Shown: positions 10,519 to 20,094 of the stretch, one piece after another
Numbering within the stretch: position 1 is the stretch's first letter
Layout: each line of letters begins with the position of its first letter
Assembly: GCA_044236265.1 (NCBI GenBank)
Contig: JBIIGV010000002.1
Span: 1-64,000 of the forward strand
Length of the DNA: 64,000 nt
DNA from: Oligoflexales bacterium
GTDB taxonomy: Bacteria; Bdellovibrionota_B; Oligoflexia; Oligoflexales; RGVZ01
Direction: 5' to 3'
Program-made: the position numbers and the translations under genes
Notes under the pieces: model-generated
Database searches by the model: none
Told to the model about the DNA's origin: nothing
Seen by the model: only the letters and a program-made list of their open reading frames with translations

Positions 10519-10989
10519 ATGACACGGATTCTTGAGTTTCAGCCAACAGATGAGCAGACCGTCGTGGCGCGCGTATTGGTAGAGCTGCATCAGGCTATTG
10601 ATGTCAATTTTCCTGGGGCAAACCCATCTGCTCGCCAATTTACAAAGACGGTACTGACTAATCACGCCGGCGAATCAACTCGCATCGACAATGTTGTTAG
10701 CTCCGGAAGCTCTCCTGATGCAAACGACGCGGCCAATAATCAAGCTGCAAACTTATCAGGATCCGACACGCCTCGCTCTTCAAATTTATCTTTAACTCCG
10801 AAAACTGGCCATGGCCTCCGAAAACCGGAGGCGCCTCTAGCAACAGAAGAGTTGCGACAGCTTATGGGCGAAACAACAGCTGGTCGACGCATTCGAAGAA
10901 TTCTTGTCGGAACACTCGTCGCAGGCATTATCATGTTTCTGTGGATATATTTTGCCGGTGCTGAGTCACTAATGGGCCTCAGTCAATAA
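10519..10989 (+). CDS. Hypothetical protein with a single C-terminal TM helix
   Basis: 156-aa ORF with GGAG upstream; low-complexity middle; RRIRR followed by hydrophobic ILVGTLVAGIIMFLWIYF. Confidence 0.6.
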   Translation: MTRILEFQPTDEQTVVARVLVELHQAIDVNFPGANPSARQFTKTVLTNHAGESTRIDNVVSSGSSPDANDAANNQAANLSGSDTPRSSNLSLTPKTGHGLRKPEAPLATEELRQLMGETTAGRRIRRILVGTLVAGIIMFLWIYFAGAESLMGLSQ

Positions 10990-10992
10990 GCC

Positions 10993-11724
10993 TTAAGCTT
11001 CTCCAACTTGGCCATCAGCAGCCTGGGACTGCGCCGTAAATACCGAGGCCAATGCCTCCTCTGCCAGATCCATGATCGCCATAACCTGGTCTTTAGTAAA
11101 AGACCCTTTTTCTGCCGTACCTTGGATCTCCAAAAATTTGCCACTGTGTGTAATCACAACATTCATATCTAGTTCTGCGGTACTATCTTCTACGTAGTTT
11201 AAATCACAAAGAAGATTTCCTTCCGATATTCCGATGGACACCGCCGCAACGCCATCTGTAAGAGGATTACGCTTTAACCTGCCTTGGCGAAGAAGGCGGT
11301 CACAAGCCATCTTGAGAGCGACATAAGCACCTGTAATTGACGCCGTGCGGGTTCCGCCGTCAGCCTGCAAAACATCGCAATCAATCGTAAATGTAACTTC
11401 CGGACAGGCAGTAAGGTCAATCACTCCACGCAGTGAGCGGCCGATAAGTCGCTGGATCTCTTGGGTGCGGCCACCCACACTTTGACGCTCACGCTTAGAC
11501 CGCGACAAAGTCGCTCCTGGAAGCATGGAATATTCTGCTGTTAACCAACCTTGCGCTGGCGATGCATGTCGCAGAAATCCTGGCACACCATCCTCCGCAA
11601 AAACAGTGCACAAGACTTTGGTGTCACCAAATTCAACTAAGACGCTGGACGTTGCATTTTTTGTAAAATCAGGAGTGATACGAACCGGCCTCATTTGCCG
11701 AGAGGTGCGTCCATCTTTACGCAT
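10993..11724 (-). CDS. rph: Ribonuclease PH
   Basis: GWLTAEYSMLP, GRTQEIQRLIGRSLR and DCDVLQADGGTRTASITG. Confidence 0.97.
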   Translation of the reverse strand: MRKDGRTSRQMRPVRITPDFTKNATSSVLVEFGDTKVLCTVFAEDGVPGFLRHASPAQGWLTAEYSMLPGATLSRSKRERQSVGGRTQEIQRLIGRSLRGVIDLTACPEVTFTIDCDVLQADGGTRTASITGAYVALKMACDRLLRQGRLKRNPLTDGVAAVSIGISEGNLLCDLNYVEDSTAELDMNVVITHSGKFLEIQGTAEKGSFTKDQVMAIMDLAEEALASVFTAQSQAADGQVGEA

Positions 11725-11750
11725 GGGATACCCTTTTAAGATAGGGAGGG

Positions 11751-13214
11751 CTACTTTTTGGAAAACAACCCAGGCCCATCCACATCTGTCGGCTGTTTTT
11801 CAATTGTTACGACACCGGTCTCTTCCGGATAATCGCCATTAAAACAAGCCATACAATACGACTTTCCTTCACTTTCCTCCAGAGCTTTACGCAGTCCGGC
11901 CTGGGAAATAAAGCCCAAACTATCAGCTTCTAGTGCGCGTCGGATAGCGTCAGTGGAGTTTTGGGCGGCCATGAGATTTTGACGATTTGGCGTGTCGACA
12001 CCATAATAACAGCTATGGGTTATTGGTGGTGCGCCAATTCTGAAGTGAATTTCGCGAGCACCGGCATCTTTTAAAAGGCGCAATATCCTTGCGGCTGTTG
12101 TGCCTCGCACAAGTGAGTCATCAACGACAATCACTTTCTTACCGCTAAGGACACTCTTGACCGGGTTCAATTTAAGCCTAACACCAAAATCACGATCTGC
12201 TTGCTTAGGCTTTATGAAAGTACGCCCTATGTAGTGATTGCGTACTAAACCCATCGCCATTGGTATTCCGGATGCATTGGAAAATCCTTCGGCCATGGCT
12301 ACGCCGCTATCTGGTATCGGTATGACAACATCCCCTTCGGCAGGGCACTCTGTTGCTAAGACCTCTCCGATTCGTCGCCGCCTAAGATAAATAGATTCAC
12401 CAAAAAGCAGACTATCAGGCCTTGCAAAGTAAATTGGCTCAAAGCTACAAAATGCCAACCGACGCCGCTCTTGGGGATACCAAGAAGATAAGCCTTCAGA
12501 TGTGATTTCTATAACTTCACCGGGATTGACATCTCTGACAAAGTCCGCGCCCATCAAATCCAATGCGCACGTTTCACTGACAACCACATAACCATGGTCG
12601 AGTTTTCCTAAAACTAATGGACGAAGGCCGCGGGGATCTCTTACCGCATACATTGCTTCGGCGGTCATGATTGAAAGAGAGTAGGCTCCGCGCACCTGTC
12701 TTAGAGCATCCCCGATTCGCTCTCGCATAGAGCTTGACGTACTACGAGCGATCAAATGCACAAACACTTCAGTGTCTGAGGTGCTGTGAAACACAGATCC
12801 ACTCTCCTCAAGCTGCTTTCGGATCTCTCGGGCATTTGTCAAATTGCCATTGTGCGCGATCGCAACTGGTCCTAACACCGTTTTGAATTGAAACGGCTGA
12901 ATGTTTTCCTGTATGGCCCCGCCTTGAGTGGAATATCGGACATGGCCAACACCACAATCACCCTGCAAGCGAGCAATGACAGACTCGTTCACACCGTCTG
13001 CCACCAAACCAAAATCTTTATGAAGGTGTAGCTTTACCCCTTCCGATCGCTCCTGGGATCTATCAAAAGTCACAAGGCCTGCTGCCTCTTGACCACGATG
13101 TTGGAGAGCAAAAAGAGCGAGATATAAAAGCTTACTGGCATCTTGCAGGCCAAAAACTCCAGCAACACCACACTCTTCTCGCAATTTATCACTATTTAAC
13201 TCTGACAGATCCAC
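11751..13214 (-). CDS. purF: Amidophosphoribosyltransferase
   Basis: EECGV N-terminal nucleophile, LQHRGQEAAG, HNGNLTN and VDDSLVRGTT. Confidence 0.97.
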   Translation of the reverse strand: MDLSELNSDKLREECGVAGVFGLQDASKLLYLALFALQHRGQEAAGLVTFDRSQERSEGVKLHLHKDFGLVADGVNESVIARLQGDCGVGHVRYSTQGGAIQENIQPFQFKTVLGPVAIAHNGNLTNAREIRKQLEESGSVFHSTSDTEVFVHLIARSTSSSMRERIGDALRQVRGAYSLSIMTAEAMYAVRDPRGLRPLVLGKLDHGYVVVSETCALDLMGADFVRDVNPGEVIEITSEGLSSWYPQERRRLAFCSFEPIYFARPDSLLFGESIYLRRRRIGEVLATECPAEGDVVIPIPDSGVAMAEGFSNASGIPMAMGLVRNHYIGRTFIKPKQADRDFGVRLKLNPVKSVLSGKKVIVVDDSLVRGTTAARILRLLKDAGAREIHFRIGAPPITHSCYYGVDTPNRQNLMAAQNSTDAIRRALEADSLGFISQAGLRKALEESEGKSYCMACFNGDYPEETGVVTIEKQPTDVDGPGLFSKK

Positions 13215-13218
13215 TCAA

Positions 13219-15558
13219 TTAGCCCCCAATCGGCTGAGAGGTTGCCAGTGCCTCATTAATGCGATCTAGATCTATCTCTCCAAGACATGTTTTAAATATC
13301 CGGTTATCGCCTGGCTTAACTTTAGCAATCATTCTTAGGACAAGTTTATGCTCTCGTGCGATTTTTTGTGCAAGCTCCTGACCGTCCTTCGTAAGCTGAA
13401 TAAGATACCTAGGCTCGCCTTCTGCTAAAAGTTCACTCGCGTCTTTTACATCGAAGTCAATGCTGACCTTTTTTAGCATAATAGACGCAAGCATTTTCAC
13501 AGCGGTAATGCCGAGCCCACCCTCTCCAACCTCGCGGACTGCCACTAATAAACCTGACTGTCTTAGTGAGTTCAAACACTCACTAAGCAAAATCTCATGA
13601 GACCAATTTATATTGTTTATCTTACCGAGGTCCGGGGCGATATTATGAACCTTAGCGCAAAGGCTTGCAGCCCACGAAAGATCATCTTGCTCGGCTGATA
13701 ACACATAAAGATTTAAATCTTGATCCTCATTGCACACTGCAGGCGTTGCAAGCCGCACGTCATTCATTCGGCCAACCATTCCGATCATCGGCGTCGGATG
13801 AATACTGACTGAACCGGTTGAGTTGTAAAGACTTACGTTGCCACTGACTACGGGAACATCGAGCTCACGGCAAGCCATTGTAATGCCATCAACACTATCA
13901 CTAAACTCTCGCATGACATCTGGAATTTCTGGGCTACCAAAATTCAGGCAATCTGTTATGGCAAGAGGCTGACCACCAGCGGCCCAAATCTGCCGAGCAC
14001 ACTTCAAAACAGCTTCAGCAGAACCAACAAGTGGATTATTTTTAACGCGGCGCTCATTACATCCTGCCGTCATTACGGCCCCTAGAAAAGGGACGTCTTT
14101 GGCCGCGTCGTCACGAAGCCACATAACAGCGGCACCTCCGTGCTCAGGACCCAAAACAGACCTGGCACCGATGTGCCGATCATACTGGCCGTAAAGTGTT
14201 TCCTTTGAGCCTGTATCGTGCAGGGCCTTTAAAAAAGTTTCGAGTGCAAATGAGGCGTCAGACTTTAGACGATCTTCAAGGATTTTTAGCTCGCTCGATT
14301 CCTCGTTATTTCTTTTTCGATCCGCCATCGGACGCTGATAAACTGGAGCCTCGTCTGTGAGTGGCGCCACAGGTAGATCAATTTCCAAATAGTTTTTATG
14401 AGAAATCTGCATACGACCGGTATCTGTTACCACACCAACAACAGCATGCGCCAACTGCCACTTCTGTAGAACCGCGGAAAGATCCTGCCAACGGCTCGGC
14501 TCAATCACCATCAGCATTCTTTCCTGACTTTCGGACAGAAGAATTTCGTAAGCATTCATATTAGCGGCGCGCACGGGAATACGGTCTAAATCTATATAGA
14601 CACCGTTACCAGCTCTTCCAGCCATCTCAAAGGAAGAAGACGTCAGTCCTGCAGCGCCCATATCTTGAATGCCTACGACCAGGTTTTTTTCTAAGACCTC
14701 CAAAGTCGCTTCTAGCAAAAGCTTTTCAGCAAATGGATCGCCAACTTGAACGGTCGTTTCCTGCTTTACAGTTTGTGTAGCAAAAGAGTCCGATGCCATT
14801 GTGGCTCCGTGGATTCCATCGCGACCCGTAGCGCTACCAACGTAAACCACTAGATTACCAACACCGGAGGCAAATCCTTTAAATATTTTATCGTCATAGA
14901 TCAAACCAACTGTCATTGCGTTGACGAGACAGTTTCCATTGTAGCTGTCGTCATAAGCAACGCTTCCACCGACTGTCGGAATTCCAACACAGTTACCGTA
15001 GTCTCCGATCCCTTTGACAACTCTGGGCACTAAATAGCTTGTACGAGGATGCTTGCGGCTTCCAAATCTCAGACAATTTAAATTTGCTATAGGGCGCGCG
15101 CCCATGCAGAACACGTCTCTCAGAATTCCACCAACACCGGTTGCGGCTCCTTGATACGGCTCGATGTAGCTTGGGTGGTTGTGGCTTTCCATCTTAAAAG
15201 CCAGACATAACTTGCCGTGTAGTCGCACCACTCCAGCATTTTCACCTGGTCCAACCACGACGCGCTCTCCCTTAGTTGGAAAGCGCTTTAAGTGATATCT
15301 TGAACTCTTGTAGCTACAATGCTCCGACCACATTGCGGAGAAAACACCGAGCTCTGCCAGAGTTGGTGGCTCTTTGGTGATCGATAGGATGGTGCGAAAC
15401 TCTTCTTCACTTATCTTATGCCGGGTTAGCAGAGACCGAAGCTCCACCTGGTTTTCTAGGTTTATTTTGCTAGGTCGATTCATTTTGTGAGCAATACAGG
15501 CATGGTCCAAAGTGACGACTGCACCAGCATTATTGTCTCTACTGTTTAAACCAGACAT
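13219..15558 (-). CDS. purL: FGAM synthase subunit PurL (small form)
   Basis: MWSEHCSYKSS, ESHNHPS, QDMGAAGL, LSESQERM and GNVSLYN. The true start may be ATG 15483. Confidence 0.96.
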   Translation of the reverse strand: MSGLNSRDNNAGAVVTLDHACIAHKMNRPSKINLENQVELRSLLTRHKISEEEFRTILSITKEPPTLAELGVFSAMWSEHCSYKSSRYHLKRFPTKGERVVVGPGENAGVVRLHGKLCLAFKMESHNHPSYIEPYQGAATGVGGILRDVFCMGARPIANLNCLRFGSRKHPRTSYLVPRVVKGIGDYGNCVGIPTVGGSVAYDDSYNGNCLVNAMTVGLIYDDKIFKGFASGVGNLVVYVGSATGRDGIHGATMASDSFATQTVKQETTVQVGDPFAEKLLLEATLEVLEKNLVVGIQDMGAAGLTSSSFEMAGRAGNGVYIDLDRIPVRAANMNAYEILLSESQERMLMVIEPSRWQDLSAVLQKWQLAHAVVGVVTDTGRMQISHKNYLEIDLPVAPLTDEAPVYQRPMADRKRNNEESSELKILEDRLKSDASFALETFLKALHDTGSKETLYGQYDRHIGARSVLGPEHGGAAVMWLRDDAAKDVPFLGAVMTAGCNERRVKNNPLVGSAEAVLKCARQIWAAGGQPLAITDCLNFGSPEIPDVMREFSDSVDGITMACRELDVPVVSGNVSLYNSTGSVSIHPTPMIGMVGRMNDVRLATPAVCNEDQDLNLYVLSAEQDDLSWAASLCAKVHNIAPDLGKINNINWSHEILLSECLNSLRQSGLLVAVREVGEGGLGITAVKMLASIMLKKVSIDFDVKDASELLAEGEPRYLIQLTKDGQELAQKIAREHKLVLRMIAKVKPGDNRIFKTCLGEIDLDRINEALATSQPIGG

Positions 15559-15578
15559 TTGAGAGCCTTTTTGTGAAT

Positions 15579-16265
15579 TTAAATCCGCTGAATAAACTCT
15601 TCCAGGACCACTAAACCATCATCACTTCCACCCATGATTTTGTCTGTTGCTCGTTCTGGATGCGGCATCAAGCCCAAAACTTTTTTGTTTTGTGAAAACA
15701 CTCCAGCAATATTTGCTACAGAACCGTTGGGATTTTGTGCATGACCAGTGACCCCATAATCATCGGAATACCTGAAGGCAACCAACCCGTCCCCCTCCAG
15801 ACGAAGAAGTCCATCTTCATCGATCCAATATCGCCCTTCGCCATGTGCAATTGGCATTTTTAGAATTTTTTTATTGTGGTTAATTAGGGTCGTCTTCTTA
15901 CAAATAAATGTTCGTGAATTGTTTTTGAGCAAGACCCCGGGTAGCAGACCAGTTTCAACTAATATTTGAAATCCATTACATATCCCAAGAACGGCGCCTC
16001 CTCGTTCCGCGAAACGTTTCACGTCATTCATTATGGGTGAATGTGCAGCCAAGGCCCCGGAGCGCAAGTAATCACCGAAGCTAAATCCTCCAGGTATAAT
16101 AACTGCATCCAAAGACGGAAGCTCCGCCGCCTGATGCCACACAACCTCGACCTTAATTTTGAAATGTCGGCTTAAAGCATCCGCGCAATCTGCGTCGCAG
16201 TTGGACCCCGGAAATTGCATGACACCTATGCGCGGAGTTCCAACGGGCGAGATGCGCTTATTCAT
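15579..16265 (-). CDS. purQ: FGAM synthase glutaminase subunit PurQ
   Basis: FPGSNCD, PGGFSFGDYLR, GICNGFQ and MPHPER. Confidence 0.97.
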   Translation of the reverse strand: MNKRISPVGTPRIGVMQFPGSNCDADCADALSRHFKIKVEVVWHQAAELPSLDAVIIPGGFSFGDYLRSGALAAHSPIMNDVKRFAERGGAVLGICNGFQILVETGLLPGVLLKNNSRTFICKKTTLINHNKKILKMPIAHGEGRYWIDEDGLLRLEGDGLVAFRYSDDYGVTGHAQNPNGSVANIAGVFSQNKKVLGLMPHPERATDKIMGGSDDGLVVLEEFIQRI

Positions 16266-16504
16266 GCATTTAGCCTCTTAATCGTAAATGTTTCAGAAAC
16301 AGGGTTGGCAAGATAGCGGCTGGCAACATCATGCACGATTGACTCGGGTGCAGGTGTCTCGTGCGCGATGGAGACGACATAGCGTTTTGCTACCGTCACA
16401 GAGTTAATTGCAGAGATGCCGTGGGTTTTCAAAGTTTCATGGATGGCCCGGCCCTCCGGGTCAAGAACTTCGGCCTTAAGCTGAACAAGAACCTCGTACT
16501 CCAT
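16262..16504 (-). CDS. purS: FGAM synthase subunit PurS
   Basis: 80 aa from ATG 16504 with a G-rich RBS; VLDPEG and LANPVSE motifs; overlaps the purQ start. Confidence 0.92.
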   Translation of the reverse strand: MEYEVLVQLKAEVLDPEGRAIHETLKTHGISAINSVTVAKRYVVSIAHETPAPESIVHDVASRYLANPVSETFTIKRLNA

Positions 16505-16630
16505 TTGCCGACCCCCTTCATGTGGGATGTGCACTTTGACGATAGGCACTTATGTTCCATAGGCTATCATGTTGTCAATGTCTGGACGGATGAAAATCGG
16601 CGTTGTTTCGAGGCTTAACAAAGATTTAAC

Positions 16631-16660
16631 AAAAGAAAAGGCGGGCAAGAAGCCCGCCTT
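16631..16660 (-). terminator. Rho-independent terminator after sdhB
   Basis: Minus strand reads AAGGCGGGC-TTCTT-GCCCGCCTT followed by TTCTTTT. Confidence 0.8.
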
Positions 16661-16663
16661 CAT

Positions 16664-17437
16664 TCATTCGCCGCCATGCCCCTCTTTGGGCGTCTCTTCT
16701 CTCACAGCCGCTCTAAAGTATTCTCGATTCATACGAGCAATATGCTCGACCGAGATTTCTTTTGGACAAGCAGCTTCGCACTCGTATTGATTCGTACAGT
16801 TTCCAAAGCCTTCCTTTTTCATTTGATCAACCATAGCGAGAACCCTACGCTCTCGCTCAGGTTTACCTTGGGGTAAAAGGCTTAACTGACTAACTTTTGC
16901 TGACACAAAAAGCATTGGGGAGGCGTTCTTACATGCAGCCACACAAGCGCCACAGCCGATGCAAACTGCTGCGTCAAATGCTTTATCAGCATCCTGCTTT
17001 GGAACTGGAATGCAATTGGCATCCTGAGGCGAGCCGGTGTTAACGCTTATAAAGCCACCGGCCTGCTGAATTCGGTCAAATGCGCTGCGATCCACAACGA
17101 GATCTTTAAGCACTGGGAATGCTTTCGCGCGCCAAGGCTCGATGAAAATATTTTGTCCGCTCTTAAAGCTTCGCATGTGTAGCTGACATGATGTTGTCCC
17201 ATACTCTGGGCCATGAGGCTCTCCGTTGATAACCAGCGAACAGCTTCCGCAAATTCCCTCACGACAATCGTGATCAAACGCAATGGGCTCTTTCCCATTT
17301 TTTTGAAGGTCCTCATTGACTGTATCAAGCATTTCCAAAAACGAGGCGTTCTCACTAATGCCTTTAGCTTCGATAGTCTCCATTTTGCCGGCGTCTTTGG
17401 AATTTTTTTGGCGCCAAACGTGTAGTGTCAGGTCCAT
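16664..17437 (-). CDS. sdhB: Succinate dehydrogenase/fumarate reductase Fe-S subunit
   Basis: [21 protein letters not shown] and [12 protein letters not shown] cysteine clusters. Confidence 0.95.
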   Translation of the reverse strand: MDLTLHVWRQKNSKDAGKMETIEAKGISENASFLEMLDTVNEDLQKNGKEPIAFDHDCREGICGSCSLVINGEPHGPEYGTTSCQLHMRSFKSGQNIFIEPWRAKAFPVLKDLVVDRSAFDRIQQAGGFISVNTGSPQDANCIPVPKQDADKAFDAAVCIGCGACVAACKNASPMLFVSAKVSQLSLLPQGKPERERRVLAMVDQMKKEGFGNCTNQYECEAACPKEISVEHIARMNREYFRAAVREETPKEGHGGE

Positions 17438-19350
17438 TATTTGTAACTCCTTGTTGCAAGCTTCACATTTTCAAAGACAAGTGGCTCCTTATGCACGGCC
17501 GACTTCTGACCCGTCCCTTTATGCTCCCAGACTCCCACGTAGCAGAACTGATCGTCGTTACGTTTGGCCTCGCCGTCTTCGGTTTGGTGCTCAGTCCGGA
17601 AGTGGCCACCGCAACTTTCTTCGCGGTGCAAGGCGTCACGACACATGAGTTCTCCGAACTCAAGGAAATCAGCCACACGTCCAGCTTTTTCAAGAGACTG
17701 GTTCAGTGACTCACCATCTCCAAGAACCTTAACTGACTGCCAGAACTCGTCGCGTAGCTTTGGAATCTTGACAAGCGCTTCCTCCAGCCCGACCTTGTCG
17801 CGCGCCATTCCACACTTATCCCACATGATCTTACCAAGCTCTCTATGAAAGCTATCGACCGTTCTTGATCCTTTAATGGAAAGAAATGCTTTGGTTCTCG
17901 AACGGACTTCGTTTTCGGCGTCTTTAAATGCCGCGTTTTCTACGGTTACTTTATCGAGCTTTTCTCCAGCGAAATAATTTGGCAGCGTGTACGGAATCAC
18001 AAAGTACCCGTCAGCCAGCCCTTGCATTAAAGCGGATGCGCCAAGACGATTTGCGCCGTGATCGGAGAAGTTTGCCTCCCCCAAAACGAATAGCCCTGGA
18101 ATGTTACTCATCAAGTTGTAGTCAACCCAGAGACCACCCATCGTATAGTGAACGGCCGGATAAATACGCATTGGGGTCTTGTATGGATTTTCCGCTGTAA
18201 TTTTTTGATACATGTGAAACAGGTTGCCATACTTTTTCTTGATGCCATCTTCGCCAACCCGCTTGATAGAATCTGCGAAATCAAGATAAACACCCAATCC
18301 TCCAGGACCAACGCCAAGCCCTGCGTCACATGCCTCTTTCGCCGATCTTGATGCGATGTCACGGGGGGCAAGGTTGCCAAAGCTCGGATACTTGCGCTCT
18401 AGGTAGTAGTCTCTTTCCTCTTCGGGAATTTGGTGCGCCGGGCGCGTATCGCCTTTTTTCTTTGGCACCCAAACGCGACCATCATTTCTTAGAGACTCTG
18501 ACATGAGTGTCAGCTTTGACTGATAATCACCACTCACCGGGATGCATGTTGGATGGATCTGCGTATAGCAAGGATTGGCAAAGCCTGCGCCCTTCTTGTG
18601 AGCGCGCCAGGTCGCCGTCACATTGCAGCCTTTTGCATTTGTAGACAGGAAAAACACATTGCCGTAACCGCCGGTTGCAAGAATAACGGCATGCGCTGCA
18701 TGAGATGAAATCTCTCCTGTTACGAGATTTCTGACGACGATCCCGCGCGCCTTGCCATCTACCATGACCAGCTCAAGCATCTCTGTTCTTGGATACATTT
18801 TAACTGAGCCACGGTTTATTTCACGGTTTAGAGCCGAATAGGCCCCGAGAAGCAGTTGCTGTCCAGTTTGACCGCGCGCATAAAATGTTCGGCTCACCTG
18901 TGCTCCACCGAAAGAGCGATTATCAAGCAAACCACCGTAGTCGCGAGCAAACGGCACGCCTTGCGCAACACACTGATCGATAATATTTCGACTCACCTCA
19001 GCAAGCCGGTGAACATTTGCTTCCCGCGCTCTGAAGTCGCCACCTTTGATGGTGTCGTAAAAAAGTCGTCGTACAGAGTCGCCGTCACCTTGATAATTTT
19101 TAGCCGCATTGATTCCACCCTGAGCCGCAATTGAATGAGCGCGCCTTGGACTATCCTGGAAGCAGAAGCATTTGACGTTATAACCTAAACCACCAAGCGT
19201 TGCCGCCGCTGACGAACCAGCCAGCCCGCTACCAACGACAATGACATCGTATTTTCTACGGTTCGCCGGATTGACGAGCTTCATGTCAAACTTGTGTTTT
19301 TCCCATTTTCCTTCTAGCGGCCCTGACGGGATTTTCGAATCTAAATTCAT
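17437..19350 (-). CDS. sdhA: Succinate dehydrogenase/fumarate reductase flavoprotein
   Basis: [32 protein letters not shown] and HGANRLG. Confidence 0.96.
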   Translation of the reverse strand: MNLDSKIPSGPLEGKWEKHKFDMKLVNPANRRKYDVIVVGSGLAGSSAAATLGGLGYNVKCFCFQDSPRRAHSIAAQGGINAAKNYQGDGDSVRRLFYDTIKGGDFRAREANVHRLAEVSRNIIDQCVAQGVPFARDYGGLLDNRSFGGAQVSRTFYARGQTGQQLLLGAYSALNREINRGSVKMYPRTEMLELVMVDGKARGIVVRNLVTGEISSHAAHAVILATGGYGNVFFLSTNAKGCNVTATWRAHKKGAGFANPCYTQIHPTCIPVSGDYQSKLTLMSESLRNDGRVWVPKKKGDTRPAHQIPEEERDYYLERKYPSFGNLAPRDIASRSAKEACDAGLGVGPGGLGVYLDFADSIKRVGEDGIKKKYGNLFHMYQKITAENPYKTPMRIYPAVHYTMGGLWVDYNLMSNIPGLFVLGEANFSDHGANRLGASALMQGLADGYFVIPYTLPNYFAGEKLDKVTVENAAFKDAENEVRSRTKAFLSIKGSRTVDSFHRELGKIMWDKCGMARDKVGLEEALVKIPKLRDEFWQSVKVLGDGESLNQSLEKAGRVADFLEFGELMCRDALHREESCGGHFRTEHQTEDGEAKRNDDQFCYVGVWEHKGTGQKSAVHKEPLVFENVKLATRSYK

Positions 19351-19362
19351 GAGAGGCCTCCC

Positions 19363-20028
19363 TTATTTCACTAAGCCAGCTAGTACCGCCAGCGGAATGC
19401 TTGAAAAACCAACAAAGACAATGGTCGCTACGATGGGTCCTAATTTTTCCGTCATTGGGTTTAAATTTCCATGATAAAGACCCAACGTTTGAAACACGCT
19501 GCTGACGCCGTGGCACAAGTGAAACGACAACGCCAACATTGCCAGGACATAAAATCCACTCACCGCTGGTGATGAAAATCCAGCGATAACCATCGCATAA
19601 ATATCTCCTTCAGGAAGAGATGCGAAACTAGGATCCGTCCAGCGAAATGTGTAATGAGCCAAATGAAAGGCGATAAACGCTGCCATCATTAAGCCCGTGT
19701 GAATCATATATCTCGATGCAAACGAGGCTTGTATTGTCGCCTCGTGCGCGTACTTAACAGGGCGTGCTGATCTGTTTTCAGCGGATAGTTTAACCGCCAG
19801 ATAAACGTGCAACACAAATGCGCCTAAAAGACCAAGACGAGCCACCCACAACAGAGCGCCCAATGACTTCAGCCCTGCTGCATAGGCATTGAATTTTTCA
19901 GCCCCGGCAAAAATAAGCAAATTGCCAGAAAGGTGCGCAAGAACGAAACCCGTTAGCATGAGTCCGGTGACTGCCATAAGCATCTTCGCGCCGACGGATG
20001 AGTTGAAAAGCCTGTCACAAAGTTTCAT
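19363..20028 (-). CDS. sdhC: Succinate dehydrogenase cytochrome b subunit (b558 family, 5 TM)
   Basis: KMLMAVTG; His residues in TM helices (HLSGN, LHVY, FHLAH, HLCHG); first gene of sdhCAB. Confidence 0.9.
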   Translation of the reverse strand: MKLCDRLFNSSVGAKMLMAVTGLMLTGFVLAHLSGNLLIFAGAEKFNAYAAGLKSLGALLWVARLGLLGAFVLHVYLAVKLSAENRSARPVKYAHEATIQASFASRYMIHTGLMMAAFIAFHLAHYTFRWTDPSFASLPEGDIYAMVIAGFSSPAVSGFYVLAMLALSFHLCHGVSSVFQTLGLYHGNLNPMTEKLGPIVATIVFVGFSSIPLAVLAGLVK

Positions 20029-20094
20029 GACCCTCTCCTGAAAAGATAGATAACAGGGCTGTAGTTTAGCACAGCTTTGAACGGGCCTAAATCT

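Noticed and set aside
16505..16630. Possible purine or ZTP riboswitch upstream of purS
   Set aside because: The leader is short and I could not find the conserved aptamer motifs; only a TTGACA-like element is visible.
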